From Azolla caroliniana (lineage: Eukaryota > Plantae > Polypodiophyta), in assembly GCA_043228905.1 (NCBI GenBank), contig JBHGNT010000473.1, positions 1 to 23,563 of the forward strand: a DNA stretch of 23,563 nucleotides, written 5' to 3'. Position 1 is the first letter of the stretch. Every line of letters starts with the position of its first letter. The notes beneath the pieces were generated by a model. That model was not told the origin of the DNA, searched no databases, and saw only the letters and a list, made by a program, of their open reading frames with translations. This document shows positions 8,231 to 18,846 of this stretch, one piece after another. The translations under genes and the position numbers were made by a program.

Positions 8231-11200
8231 ATGTCACAGGTACTCATTTTTCTTCCTTTTACATTAGTCTGATCGATCTATCTATGTATCTATCGATATG
8301 TTTCTAGTTTTGTTTTGTTTCCAATGGCATTGTGTATAGTCCATCCATTAACTACCAAAAGAACTGTACCGAATTCTCTCGGTGCTTCTCCTAATTTCTT
8401 CTTCATCACAATTTAGTGATTTTGTGTTAATCCTTAGCCACACCCATTGTTATCCCTAATCACCCAACCCAATTCACGCGCTAATCCTTAACTTAAATCA
8501 CACACTCAATGATAATCCTTCACCATTAAACTAATGAGAGCCCCTCTAACATATTAAGACCCAAATCAGTAATGTAGAATGCGTAATCCATAAATCTCGC
8601 ACTCAAACTGCGTGCCCCAAAACCCACTCTAACTGGAATCGACTTTGATATGATGCGTGCAGGGAGAGGACTCGGATAAGAAGAAGAAGGAGGAGGAGGA
8701 GGAGAAGAAGAAGAAGGAAGAGGAGGAGAAGAAGAAGAAGAAGGAGGAAGAGGAGAAGAAGAAGAAGGAGGAAGAAGAGAAGAAGAAGAAGAAGGAGGAG
8801 GAAGAGAAGAAGAAGAAGGAGGAGGAAGCAGAGAAGAACAAGGGGAAGGTCATAATGGGCGCCAGGATGCACTGCGAGTCTTGCCGCCTCAAAGCCTACA
8901 AGTCAGTCATCGGCTACAGAGGCAAGCAAATTCCTCCATAGCCATAGCCATAGCCATAGCCATATCTATCTATCTATCTATCTATCTCTATCCTTCCTTC
9001 TCTATATATGTACATATGTATGATGTCCACCCACCTCCCCCCATATCTATCTCTATTTTAGCAGTCCTTTTCTTCTTGGCAAATGGGCACCCAATGCCCG
9101 TGTCCGCCCAATAGGGCGGGCGGGCAGCCGAGCATTTTCTCTTGTCTCTATCTATTGTCCCGCCCTAGTAAACTTCGTTGGGGGCTTTTAGTCCCTTCTA
9201 CATAATATCACTCGAAACCGCACCTAACAACTATATGGTCATGTATAATATCTCATAGCACTCGAAACCCCTCATTCGGGGTTCGTTGGCGGACATAACC
9301 AAAGACATTCATTGTTGCATTCGCCAATGCCACCACGAGACATGCTCAATGACTTAGATGGCGGTTATTATATGGCCGGGATATAGACATCTATGTGTGT
9401 GCTACTTAGTGCCCACCCTAGCTGGTGACTGCTCCCTAACTTTTGGTTTTTCACCTCTACCTTAGGGTAGCCCCCCCCCCCCCCCCCTTTTGTGTGGCCT
9501 TACACTATATCCGACCTTTCAAACAATGCTAATTTGCATCGACCCCCGCCCATTCCAACAATCTCATGCGTAAAAATTCAAATCCCTCCTCCGTCAATCA
9601 TATGGATCACACCCTACCTCAACACAAGGCACGCCACACACATGTTTATTAAGTGGTGTGCCCATACATGATATTGGTAAAACAAACTTTAGATTTTGAA
9701 AGATTCATAATGGCGATCACGTTTTGCCAGCTCCCCACATTGTGTCTTTAAATGGATATGTAAATAGGAGTGTTTGTCAATAATGTTATAAATGGTTAAT
9801 AACACCTCTTGTTATAGATGCATTCATCGTTAAGTCCCTAAGTTGTTACTGTTTATATAGACCAATTGAATGTTGATTGACCCTAAGTTTTGGAAAAAAT
9901 TAAAAAATAAAACTAGGCTACTTAAGACAATCAAGATTGCTTGTAGAAAGAGTTGATGCTAAAAATGCTATCGATACAATCTTTTCTTTATTAGTTGCAC
10001 ATTTATTTATTTATTACCAATTATGTTTGCCATAGATTGATCAAGGTTAATAGGATCATATTTTGGATGGAACAAATTAATCTTGTTTCTACAAAAAAAA
10101 CTATATTTTCCAAATAAGTCATGGAACTACTTGTTATATGTGGTGCTGCAACATTTTGTATATAATTTCATCCTTTAACTCTCTCAAACCAATAAATCAT
10201 CTTTGTAATAATGTAGGAGTGGAGGATATCAACATAGACATGAAGAGCCAGAAAATTACTCTCAAAGCTCCAAGTGTCGATCCTAAGAAGCTCTTTGAAT
10301 TTGCAAAGAAAAATAGCGGAGGAAAGATTACAAGCCTTATATTCCCCGATCCTAAAGATCTCGAGAAGAAAAAAGAAGAACAAAAAAAGGAAGAACAAAA
10401 AAAAGAAGAAAAGAAGGTAACGAGGACATGTTTTACTTAGCACCTTAAATTCTTTAAACAATATTCAAATTATTCGATGAATGAATTCTTCACAAGTTAC
10501 ACAATACATGTAGTGATCTTCTTTGTGAGTTTATGAAACTACCGTCAAACGAAAAAACCTAGCTTGAAATTTATATCTTTTTCCCTAGTATGCTTGGCCT
10601 ATCTTGAGTTCTAGTTGCTATAGGTGATGAGGAACCAAAGATGTCAGTTTTGTTATGGTCCAAGAGAGTCGATTGCTATTCCCATATCTATACATGGAAC
10701 TTAGTGGCATAGAACATTGACAATAAATTTCTCTACAAATCTTAAACTATACATGAAGAAGTATACAATTTGAGCTAGATTTCATACATGAAGAAATATG
10801 CACCAACAATTGAAATTGCTCATATCAAAGTTAAGCATGACTTTGTCTAATTAATTTGAAGGATAACATTAGCTAGTGCATTTCACATGCAGCCAGTTGA
10901 TGTTACAGTGGAGCTCAAGGTACCCATGCATTGTGCAGCTTGCACTAAAAAGGTTGAGAAAGCAGCATGGAGAATAGGAGGTATGTGATTCAAAGGTTAC
11001 ATTATTAAGCATGGTTTACAATAACAAAAGCATAATGAACTAAACGCACTAAGGGAAGTTTGTATATTTGTTGTCATTTAGTCAACATGTTGTAAATGTT
11101 ATTTTTTACAACATATAACAACAATTCATTTAGTAATATGCTTCCGTGTATGGATATGCTTATGTCTAACAGGTTTGTCACCATGCTTTTTGTCACCTTC

Positions 11201-11963
11201 CTTGATTGAGCTCTTTAGGCTTGTGAATTCTTTTCTGAGAATGTAAAGGTTAATGAATTTGTGATCTATGGTCCATATACCACTAATAAATTAAACACTT
11301 TATATTCCTTTACTACTATGTATGTTGGGTCCAATTTTATTGTTTAGTATTATATATGTAGGCTTTGTGGCTTTTGGGTTGTAGTGTAGGACTCGTTGCC
11401 TTTGTAAATTTTTGCTTCTTTTTAATAATGTAGGTTTTGTAACTTTTGGATTTGTATGCTAGCACTCATTGCATTCGTAAGTTCTTGTTTAGCTTCATGT
11501 ACGTAGGTTTCATAACTATTGGATTCGTATATTGTAGGACTCACAATCTTCATAACTTTGTACTACAGCTGTGTACAGTGTCCAAGTGCAGGGAGATAAA
11601 TTGATCATAAAGGGAAAGGACTTGGATCCAAAGAAAGTGTGTGCCGAAGTGATTAAGAAATCGGGAAAGCATGCAGAGGTGATCCCTCCACCCCCTCCAA
11701 AGAAAGAGGATGAAAAGAAAGAGGGGGACAAGAAAGATGGAGATAAGAAGGAAGGTGACAAAAAGGATGGTGACAAAAAAGATGGAGAAAAGAAGGACGA
11801 TGCTAAGAAGGACAATAACAAGGACACTGAGAAGAAAGATGGCGAGAAGAAGGAAGAAAAACAACCTCCCAAAGTAGTCGTTGAATACTACTATCCCCCC
11901 CATTATGTATATGCCCCACAATATTTCAGCGATGAAAATCCTAATGCTTGCAGCGTCATGTGA
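8231..11963 (+). CDS. HIPP: Heavy-metal-associated isoprenylated plant protein with two HMA domains (clade I type, HIPP3/5/6/7-like), 5 exons, 316 aa
   Basis: Exons 8231-8239 (MSQ), 8663-8921, 10217-10416, 10893-10980 and 11569-11963 total 951 nt with all phases compatible. HMA1 is VIMGARMHCESC...G|VEDINIDMKSQKITLK. HMA2 is VTVELKVPMHCAACTKKV...DPKKV...KKSGKHAEV. These are followed by a PPPPP/KK[DE]GD linker and the diagnostic YAPQYFSDENPNACSVM* CaaX prenylation end. Introns are GT-AG except intron 2 (GC-AG). The 9-nt first exon is the least certain part. Confidence 0.95.
8678..8828 (+). repeat. Coding 151-nt pure-purine (AAG)n(GAG/GAA)n compound repeat
   Basis: Encodes K4E5 K4E4 K5E4 K4E4 K5E4 K4E3; no pyrimidine occurs between 8678 and 8828. 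Confidence 0.95.
8936..8986. repeat. (CCATAG)4 plus (TATC)n microsatellites at the start of HIPP intron 2
   Basis: Directly visible. Confidence 0.9.
9471..9487. repeat. C17 homopolymer in HIPP intron 2
   Basis: Directly visible. Confidence 0.95.
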
Positions 11964-13126
11964 GCTTAAAAATACAATTACATGTTCACAATGTATAGAA
12001 CAATTTCTTGTACACATAAAGTTTTGAGGTATGAAAATGAAAGAAAATGATGGTTTTGTTAATTACAGATTGGATAGATCAAGATTGGCTATGGTGAAGT
12101 TAGTTAACTTTGTGCAATGTATCAAAACACGATGATGGTATTGAGATAGTTCCAACACAACTATTGTTTATCGAAATGCATTTAATATAGTGGTTACTTA
12201 TCATCGTTGTTTTTAACTGAGTAATAATGATGTGGAATGAGAAGGGAAAAAATGGGCAGCCAATATCTACACATGCACTACATTGAGAAAACAATCTATA
12301 GATTTATCAAGATAGGATTACACTATATGGTACTTTGCAATAAATAGTTTGTATCCACATTTTGCTCACATGTACGCAACTTTATAAGGTTAGATAAGCT
12401 TTTATTATAGAGTTCTCATGTTCTTGAAATCTTGGATATGAAAAGAGTTTGCAACATAAATCATCCATTACAAATAGTTGTGCCCCTTCCAATAGTTTAT
12501 ATTCGTTATTATATTAATGTCAATATATAAAATTTTATACAATATCAACATTCCTACTTAATTTATACCTAGGAAATACCTACATGATTTCCATGTAGTA
12601 ACCAATTTTATTTTCGAAATTGATGAGTTCTTTATGACAAACTTCAACCAATACATGTCGTGATCATACGCGAGATGAAAACTGCATGATCTATGCATTT
12701 CATCTATACATGATGGGCTCATTTATCTATCAATACATACTTTTAGGCACAAAATAAAATTAAAAAAGATACAAAATTCTAGCAAGGAGGGCCCGACCTA
12801 GTATATTGCTCAACATTGTGAACTGACTTGAGAGGTGTGCATTTGGTTTGTGCATACATAACCACCATGCTTTTTTATTTTAATACATGGCTTCTCACTG
12901 TGTATGATGCTCCTTGTTTTCACTGATTTTGTGAATGCTATTGAATGTCGACATCGAAAGTAATGTGATCATTCCTTTTATTTGGTTTCTTTGTCGGTTT
13001 AAGTTGTCAAACAATTAGTGGGTACCTACACTTAGCTCATATGATGCTTAGTGTTAGATCTATCTTTTTCTTCGTCACGTTGCTAAAGTGTAATATTCAA
13101 GTAATCACAATGATGAGAGAGACAGA

Positions 13127-13165
<39 letters not shown>
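13127..13165. repeat. (GT)n(GA)n compound microsatellite
   Basis: Directly visible. Confidence 0.95.
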
Positions 13166-13167
<2 letters not shown>

Positions 13168-14140
13168 CCAGTACTTGATTAATTTGGAATACAAGTCCAA
13201 TAAAATATGCCTGCTCTTTTTCGCGTAGCTACATTAAGTTGGCACATTGAAGAGCAAGTAGGATTCCTTCCACGTTGTCGGTTGGAGATTTAAAGATGTA
13301 AAAAGGAACACACTACGTACATGTTCACTATATGGACAATATAATGACACCATGAAAGATCCCATTCAGCTACCATGGTCATTCAAATATCATTTACTCA
13401 AGCCTTGTATCTTTTTGTCATATTTCAGTTGCTACGTGAAATCATAGTTCTCGAAGTTTCTAATATGAAGAAAACAAAGGGAAAATGTATCCATTGTCCA
13501 ACTGGGCACAATTCATTAAATGTCAAGGTTTTTTAGCACGTTACAAAATTGTCTCATTGAAACCATATCAATGTAGCTTTTCTATGCATGGTAAAGCTAT
13601 TTGTGTGGGAAAGGAAACAGAGAACCATAAACATGAAGCACATCATGATGGTATTTCAAGACAATGAAGGAAATATATATTGTTTGATTGAATGTATTTT
13701 GTGCAAAAATAAAGTCCCATTTATTGATAATAAAGGACCATGAAGAAATAGAGTAAGCTATGGAATCCAATCTTTGGGATATATATATTTGAAAATGAGT
13801 GGACACTCTCAAATCCATTGGAGTTCATGGACATTGTAATGGGATTGAATTCTGATCTAGTGGCAACTTGAATTTACTTTATGAAACTATGTTCCATAGC
13901 CCAAAATGTAGAAGTTCAGACACAAAATTCTTGTTTCACTAGTTGTAACGACTTATGTTGCATTGATTGTGGATATTTGTAAAGGCACATGTCTCTTGTG
14001 ATTGACTGAGAACTCATATTCAAACAAAGAATATATTCAAAATCTAGGGAATCAAATTGTTGTAACGTTTATCACATAAATCAAGAATCCTTGTGATCAA
14101 GAGGCCACATAGGGAATTCGATATAAACCCGAATATTAGG

Positions 14141-14326
14141 TAGTAATTAAATCTAGAACAACATCTCTTTCGGTGATGAACATTGAGATTGATGCTAACA
14201 CTTACCTTTCGTCCTTTCTCGGATGATCTATACTTGTTGAGATGGAAAATATTATAGACTATTTGTATATTGGCTTTGGCCACTTTAATTTTAATACCAA
14301 TGGAGGATATTTTTTATGGAAAAAAA
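14141..14326 (+). mobile_element. Poly(A)-tailed non-LTR insertion (186 bp) with a perfect 16-bp TSD
   Basis: AAACCCGAATATTAGG occurs at 14125-14140 and 14327-14342. An A-tail starts at 14320. The 3' part matches ~5940-6053 (ATTTGTAyATTGsCTTTGGC...TTAATACCAATGGAG..ATATTTTTTAT.GAAAAAAA). Confidence 0.85.
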
Positions 14327-15472
14327 AAACCCGAATATTAGGCATGTAGGGAAGTTCACACTCTTAGAAGAAGCTTAAGGAATTGATGACAACATTGAAC
14401 AACGAAGTATTCAAAGGTGAGTGAGTTTATTAAACACCAACAAAACATGAGAACGTCTACAACCCATTGAACGTTGACAATCCCTCATGTGCATGATAAA
14501 ATATCATCACACAAACATAATATTAGCTATTTGCATCATGTCTCCATTGTTGTTTGATATATTTATGCCCTTAAATGATTAGATTATACTTTTGTCTCCA
14601 TTTATATACGGAGCAATCTATAGTTTTCATATGTTTAATTTAAATCACCTTAGAACCACAAAAGGAAGTTACGATTTTAATTTATATTCAATGTCTTATT
14701 TTATTTTATAGCTTCCGGCTAGACAAAAATTACATGCTACGCTATTTGTTTCGTTTAACAATCTTTAAATAAAGAGATTGAACCTAGGTGACATCAAAAG
14801 ACAATAAACAAACATAAATTTAATGGAACGACTACGTAGAGTTTGAAGTAGGGCTTTAGATAAACATTTAGATCAACAATGATCTTCAAACAAAGTTTAT
14901 TGCTTTCCCAACAAGTTTTAGGACATCCAAAATGTTGGACGAAAATGCCATATGATTAGATTTTGAATTGGTAAATCATTTGACGCTTTTAAATATCAAA
15001 AGCATTGGAATTTCTCTCTAGAATATGCGTCCACAAAAGTTTGTAAAATTTTTCAATGGTGCTCATTTTGCTACTTCGAACCTTTTGTAAAAGTTTGACA
15101 CGCCCCTCATTCTTTGGCTTTTTTGTGCCAAAAACTCTCGTACTATGCAAAATAGTGGACCACATTTATACATCTAGGTATTTAGATAGATGGATTGATA
15201 CATAATTCACACTAAACTAAGAGAGAACATGTGAACTCAAATGACTATAGTTGACTTAATCAAGCTTAAAGAGACAATTTACAAACATAAAATTGATATA
15301 ATGATTCTTAGGAATTCAAAGGATAAGTTGTTTCCACATTACATGTATATGGAGATTGTAACTTGCACTCTTACTTTGTTAATACATAGATATGTCTATG
15401 ATAATAACACAAATGAATGTTCAAGCAAGTAATGGGAAAAAAACTTGTGCTCAAGACGACCATTGTTGGAGC

Positions 15473-15745
15473 TAGGAATTGGCAATGGTTCAATTTCAGC
15501 TTAACCGGTTTGGCATACTCCAAACCAAACCGGTTAAGCCTTAACCGGTTTGGGAGTTTTCAAACTCCAACCAAACCAACTCCTAAACTGGTTAAACATA
15601 TCAAAACTAAGTAATCCTTAAGCAGTTTGGGAACCAATTTAGCCCAAAATGGTTCGGTTCGGCTTGAGGCATCCCAAACCGAGCTCAAGCCTAAACCGAA
15701 CCTAAGTGCTAAACCGCCAAACCATTTTAAACGGTTTAAAATCAT
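15473..15745. mobile_element. MITE-like, hAT-type non-autonomous element with AACCG/CGGTT repeats (right end not seen)
   Basis: Begins TAGGAATTGGCAATGG, similar to plant hAT-MITE termini of the TAGGGATGGCAAT type. It has dense AAACC(G)/(C)GGTTT motifs, a perfect 15-bp inverted repeat (15499-15513/15525-15539) and an imperfect one (15651-15702). Confidence 0.6.
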
Positions 15746-16389
15746 GTCGTAGTCACTCAAATACTGTACCAAAAAAGATACAACACGAGAGTAATGCTTT
15801 TATACATAATTTACGGGACTTTAGATTCAATCTCCACGAATTCAATCTATCAATTTATTGCTAACATTTGTTCCTAACTTCTTAAAATTTAACATATAAA
15901 CATGATTAAAACGAATAACAATTGCTCCTAGTCATGTAGTTAGCTATGAAGGAAGCTAGTTATGGAGCTAGTATAAAGCGCCATGGTCATGCATTTACCA
16001 TTCAGGTGTTGTATATGACTCTCTTTAATCTCCTTCTAGCAAAGAATGTGCCCCTTTGTTGGAGTTCAAATCCTCTATTAAAGACATTTCACATTTGATT
16101 AGCCTACAACAGGTACTCTGTCAAACTAAATTGGAAGAAAAAGCAACGGAAGAGGTTTAAAGTTCTAAGGATTATGAAATTAGAAAACATAGCTCAAACT
16201 AGTAAGGTTTTTCCATAACCAAGGTTTCAATTCTATCTAAAATGAGGTCTCTCTTTGCCTACATAAGGTCTCCTCAAAGAGACTACCTTTTCTCCATATC
16301 TACAAGAGTAACATGTGAAATGAGGTTTCAATAGGCTACAAGAGTAAGTTAGATTGCAAGTCTTCCAAGGCTTGCAGTTTGCCTCTTAA

Positions 16390-16411
16390 TAAACCCTAAA
16401 CCCTAAACCCT
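16390..16411. repeat. Interstitial plant telomere-type repeat (TAAACCC)3 / telo-box
   Basis: TAAACCCTAAACCCTAAACCCT is directly visible. Confidence 0.85.
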
Positions 16412-18846
16412 CTTAACACATTACACATTCAAAGCATTACAAGCAAATTGGAAAAATCAGAACTAACAGTAGAATTTGCTGCAAATAGTAGTGAACAGAA
16501 AGACTCACAAGAATGTTTCTATTAATAACCACGTATTGCCGCATTATCCTATGCTCTCTCATGGTCATGCAAAACATGAATGCTTCCACAGTAGGATCAG
16601 AAAGTACATTTAATCCTTCCCTACTCAAGAGAAGCAGTTATGCCCAATAAGCCAGATTCTCTTCTCCTCGAGGGTTAGAGGAAGTCAAATTTGTTTGTTT
16701 AAGGTACAAAATATTATTTGTTCACTTGCCCAAACGTGCCCATGGCACTCGTTGAGATGTGACCATTTTTCTTCACATGGGGGGATTATGTGAGAGAGGA
16801 TGATGATGATAATGATAATCATCATGCCAACCACAGTTATAATGAATGTGATTCGTACTACACAACTATTTGCTATAAAAGAAAAAAAGCATTCCAAGGG
16901 TTACACTTCCTGTTCACCTAGAATCACCTAGACATGGCTTCCTTCTCTTCCACCCTTTATCTTACAAGAATAACAAATAATTTTGAAATGGTTGTGTTAT
17001 CTAAAATAGTAATGCACTAGACTGTGTTAACATCAAACTTTATATCTATAGCTATGTTTGCAAGCTTCTCTTTTCATTTCTTGATTGATTGTATGCCTAA
17101 TTAGTTTCTTGAGGACAAATTTATAACTTTCATGACACAAGCATGCTATTAGATGTCTTGTCAACACCACAATGTTTTCGACCCACAACAATGTCATGAA
17201 CATGGATTTTTAATGCAACCGAAAAAACTCTAAACATACTTCAAATTTAGGAATAAATGATATCTACAACAAAATATCCAACTCAATTGCCAATCATGAT
17301 TAAATGTTTATCATTTCCACTATCAAAGTGTTTCTTATGACTAATCCATTTCAATTGCCAATGCAAGTTGAAATCCCCAAAAGATGTGCACTTATTATGT
17401 GTTGTTTTCGATTAACCCATCACAATTACTATCACAATGGAAGAAATCCAACGTTTAGAAAAGTGCACATCTAATGCTTACAATTAAGCCAATTCAATTA
17501 CAAGTACAAGTCAAGAAATTGAAGTTCCAAAAAGGTAGCGTCAATAATTATAATTTTCTATTTTTACCCTTGCTAAGAATGACTACTTGTCAACAATCAA
17601 ACCTTCACATTAAGTCATTGTCTCATCTCTACCAAATCATATTGTGAATTCATATAGTTAATGTAAACCTCCTTTTCACTTAACATTTACCACTTACCAA
17701 CACAATTCTATTGTGATGCCAAAATATTTTTTAGAAGCATTCAGAAATATATCTTCTAAGAGTAGCCTAATTATTTCTTATAAACAATGAAGTTCATCTG
17801 ACATCATTCATATATAATTAAACAAAAGGGGCAATCAAAGGATTAGCAGATCCAATATATAGGAATTTTGTTTTCGAATTACAGAGCTCCAATTAAAATA
17901 GCACATTTCGCAACACAAGGTATGCGCAATTTAAGACATCAAAAACAACCTACAATTGTTTTCTAAATGTGCTATTTTATATTGAGATTTTCTGAATGTC
18001 TTTCTTTCACCACCTACATGCTAAAGAAAAAGTGTTGAGCCACCTGACAATATAGGTTCCTTCTTGCTACCTTCATTAGCAAGACATATCTAAGTACATT
18101 CCTCAATGCGTCCTAGTTTATATATTTTTTATATGTTTATCTCTTCCATAAAATCATCAAGACATGTGTCATAACCATCATGGAAAAGTCGATTGAAACA
18201 CCTTCTCAAATGTTAACTTCCCAAAAATAATGACAAAGAAGACGTGGACGCACATGTATATAAATCCACTTCACCAAACACTATCATCTGCAAGAAGAAA
18301 AACATGACTAAATCACCATCAACATCATCGACACCACCACCATCACCATGCTCACGATAGATAAGACATTTCATGCCAATGCATAGGTTAACCGTTAAAG
18401 CATTCAATTCCCAGGTTTTACTATCACTCGTACACATCATCACATTACTTTACAAGAAAAGGAAATTTTCACACCCTAGAGGCTTACAAAAATGAATCAT
18501 TTTCACTACCTCATAACTTTCCTAATGGAGTTGCAGACAGTACCCTCATCATGGTATTCTTGTTCAGAAAACGCTTGTTTGATTATGTTTACAAAAAAAG
18601 GAACATGGTGCAAATGTTTGTGCAGACTGCAAAACTCTTTCTTTGGTTGATTGATTGGATATGAATATTCACACGACTGAATATTTGTATGATCTTTAAC
18701 TTTGCAAATACAATGGAAATAATGCATTCTAAGATTACATTCTGCAAAAAAATAATTACATGAAATTCCAAAACCAAATTAATTCCATTACCTCTCTCAA
18801 TGCTGCTTGAAGGTGACTTGCACTACAGAGGCGCTATAAGTGTAAG

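Noticed and set aside
8603-8892. Minus-strand poly-Leu and Phe/Ser ORFs that look like membrane proteins (also 10168-10461, 11516-11872, 11550-12017)
   Set aside because: They are antisense shadows of the K/E-rich HIPP exons.
11208-11223. 16-nt inverted match GAGCTCTTTAGGCTTG to ~20624-20639
   Set aside because: It is a single short match with no flanking similarity and is plausible by chance in 23 kb.
11531-11540. Alternative acceptor TGTAG|GA at 11537 that would keep Gly at the HMA2 junction
   Set aside because: It is 31 nt upstream of the 11568 acceptor and out of frame with the CaaX exon.
18742-18791. GT...AG pair in the F-box 3' UTR
   Set aside because: It would be a 50-nt intron, shorter than any supported intron in this window.
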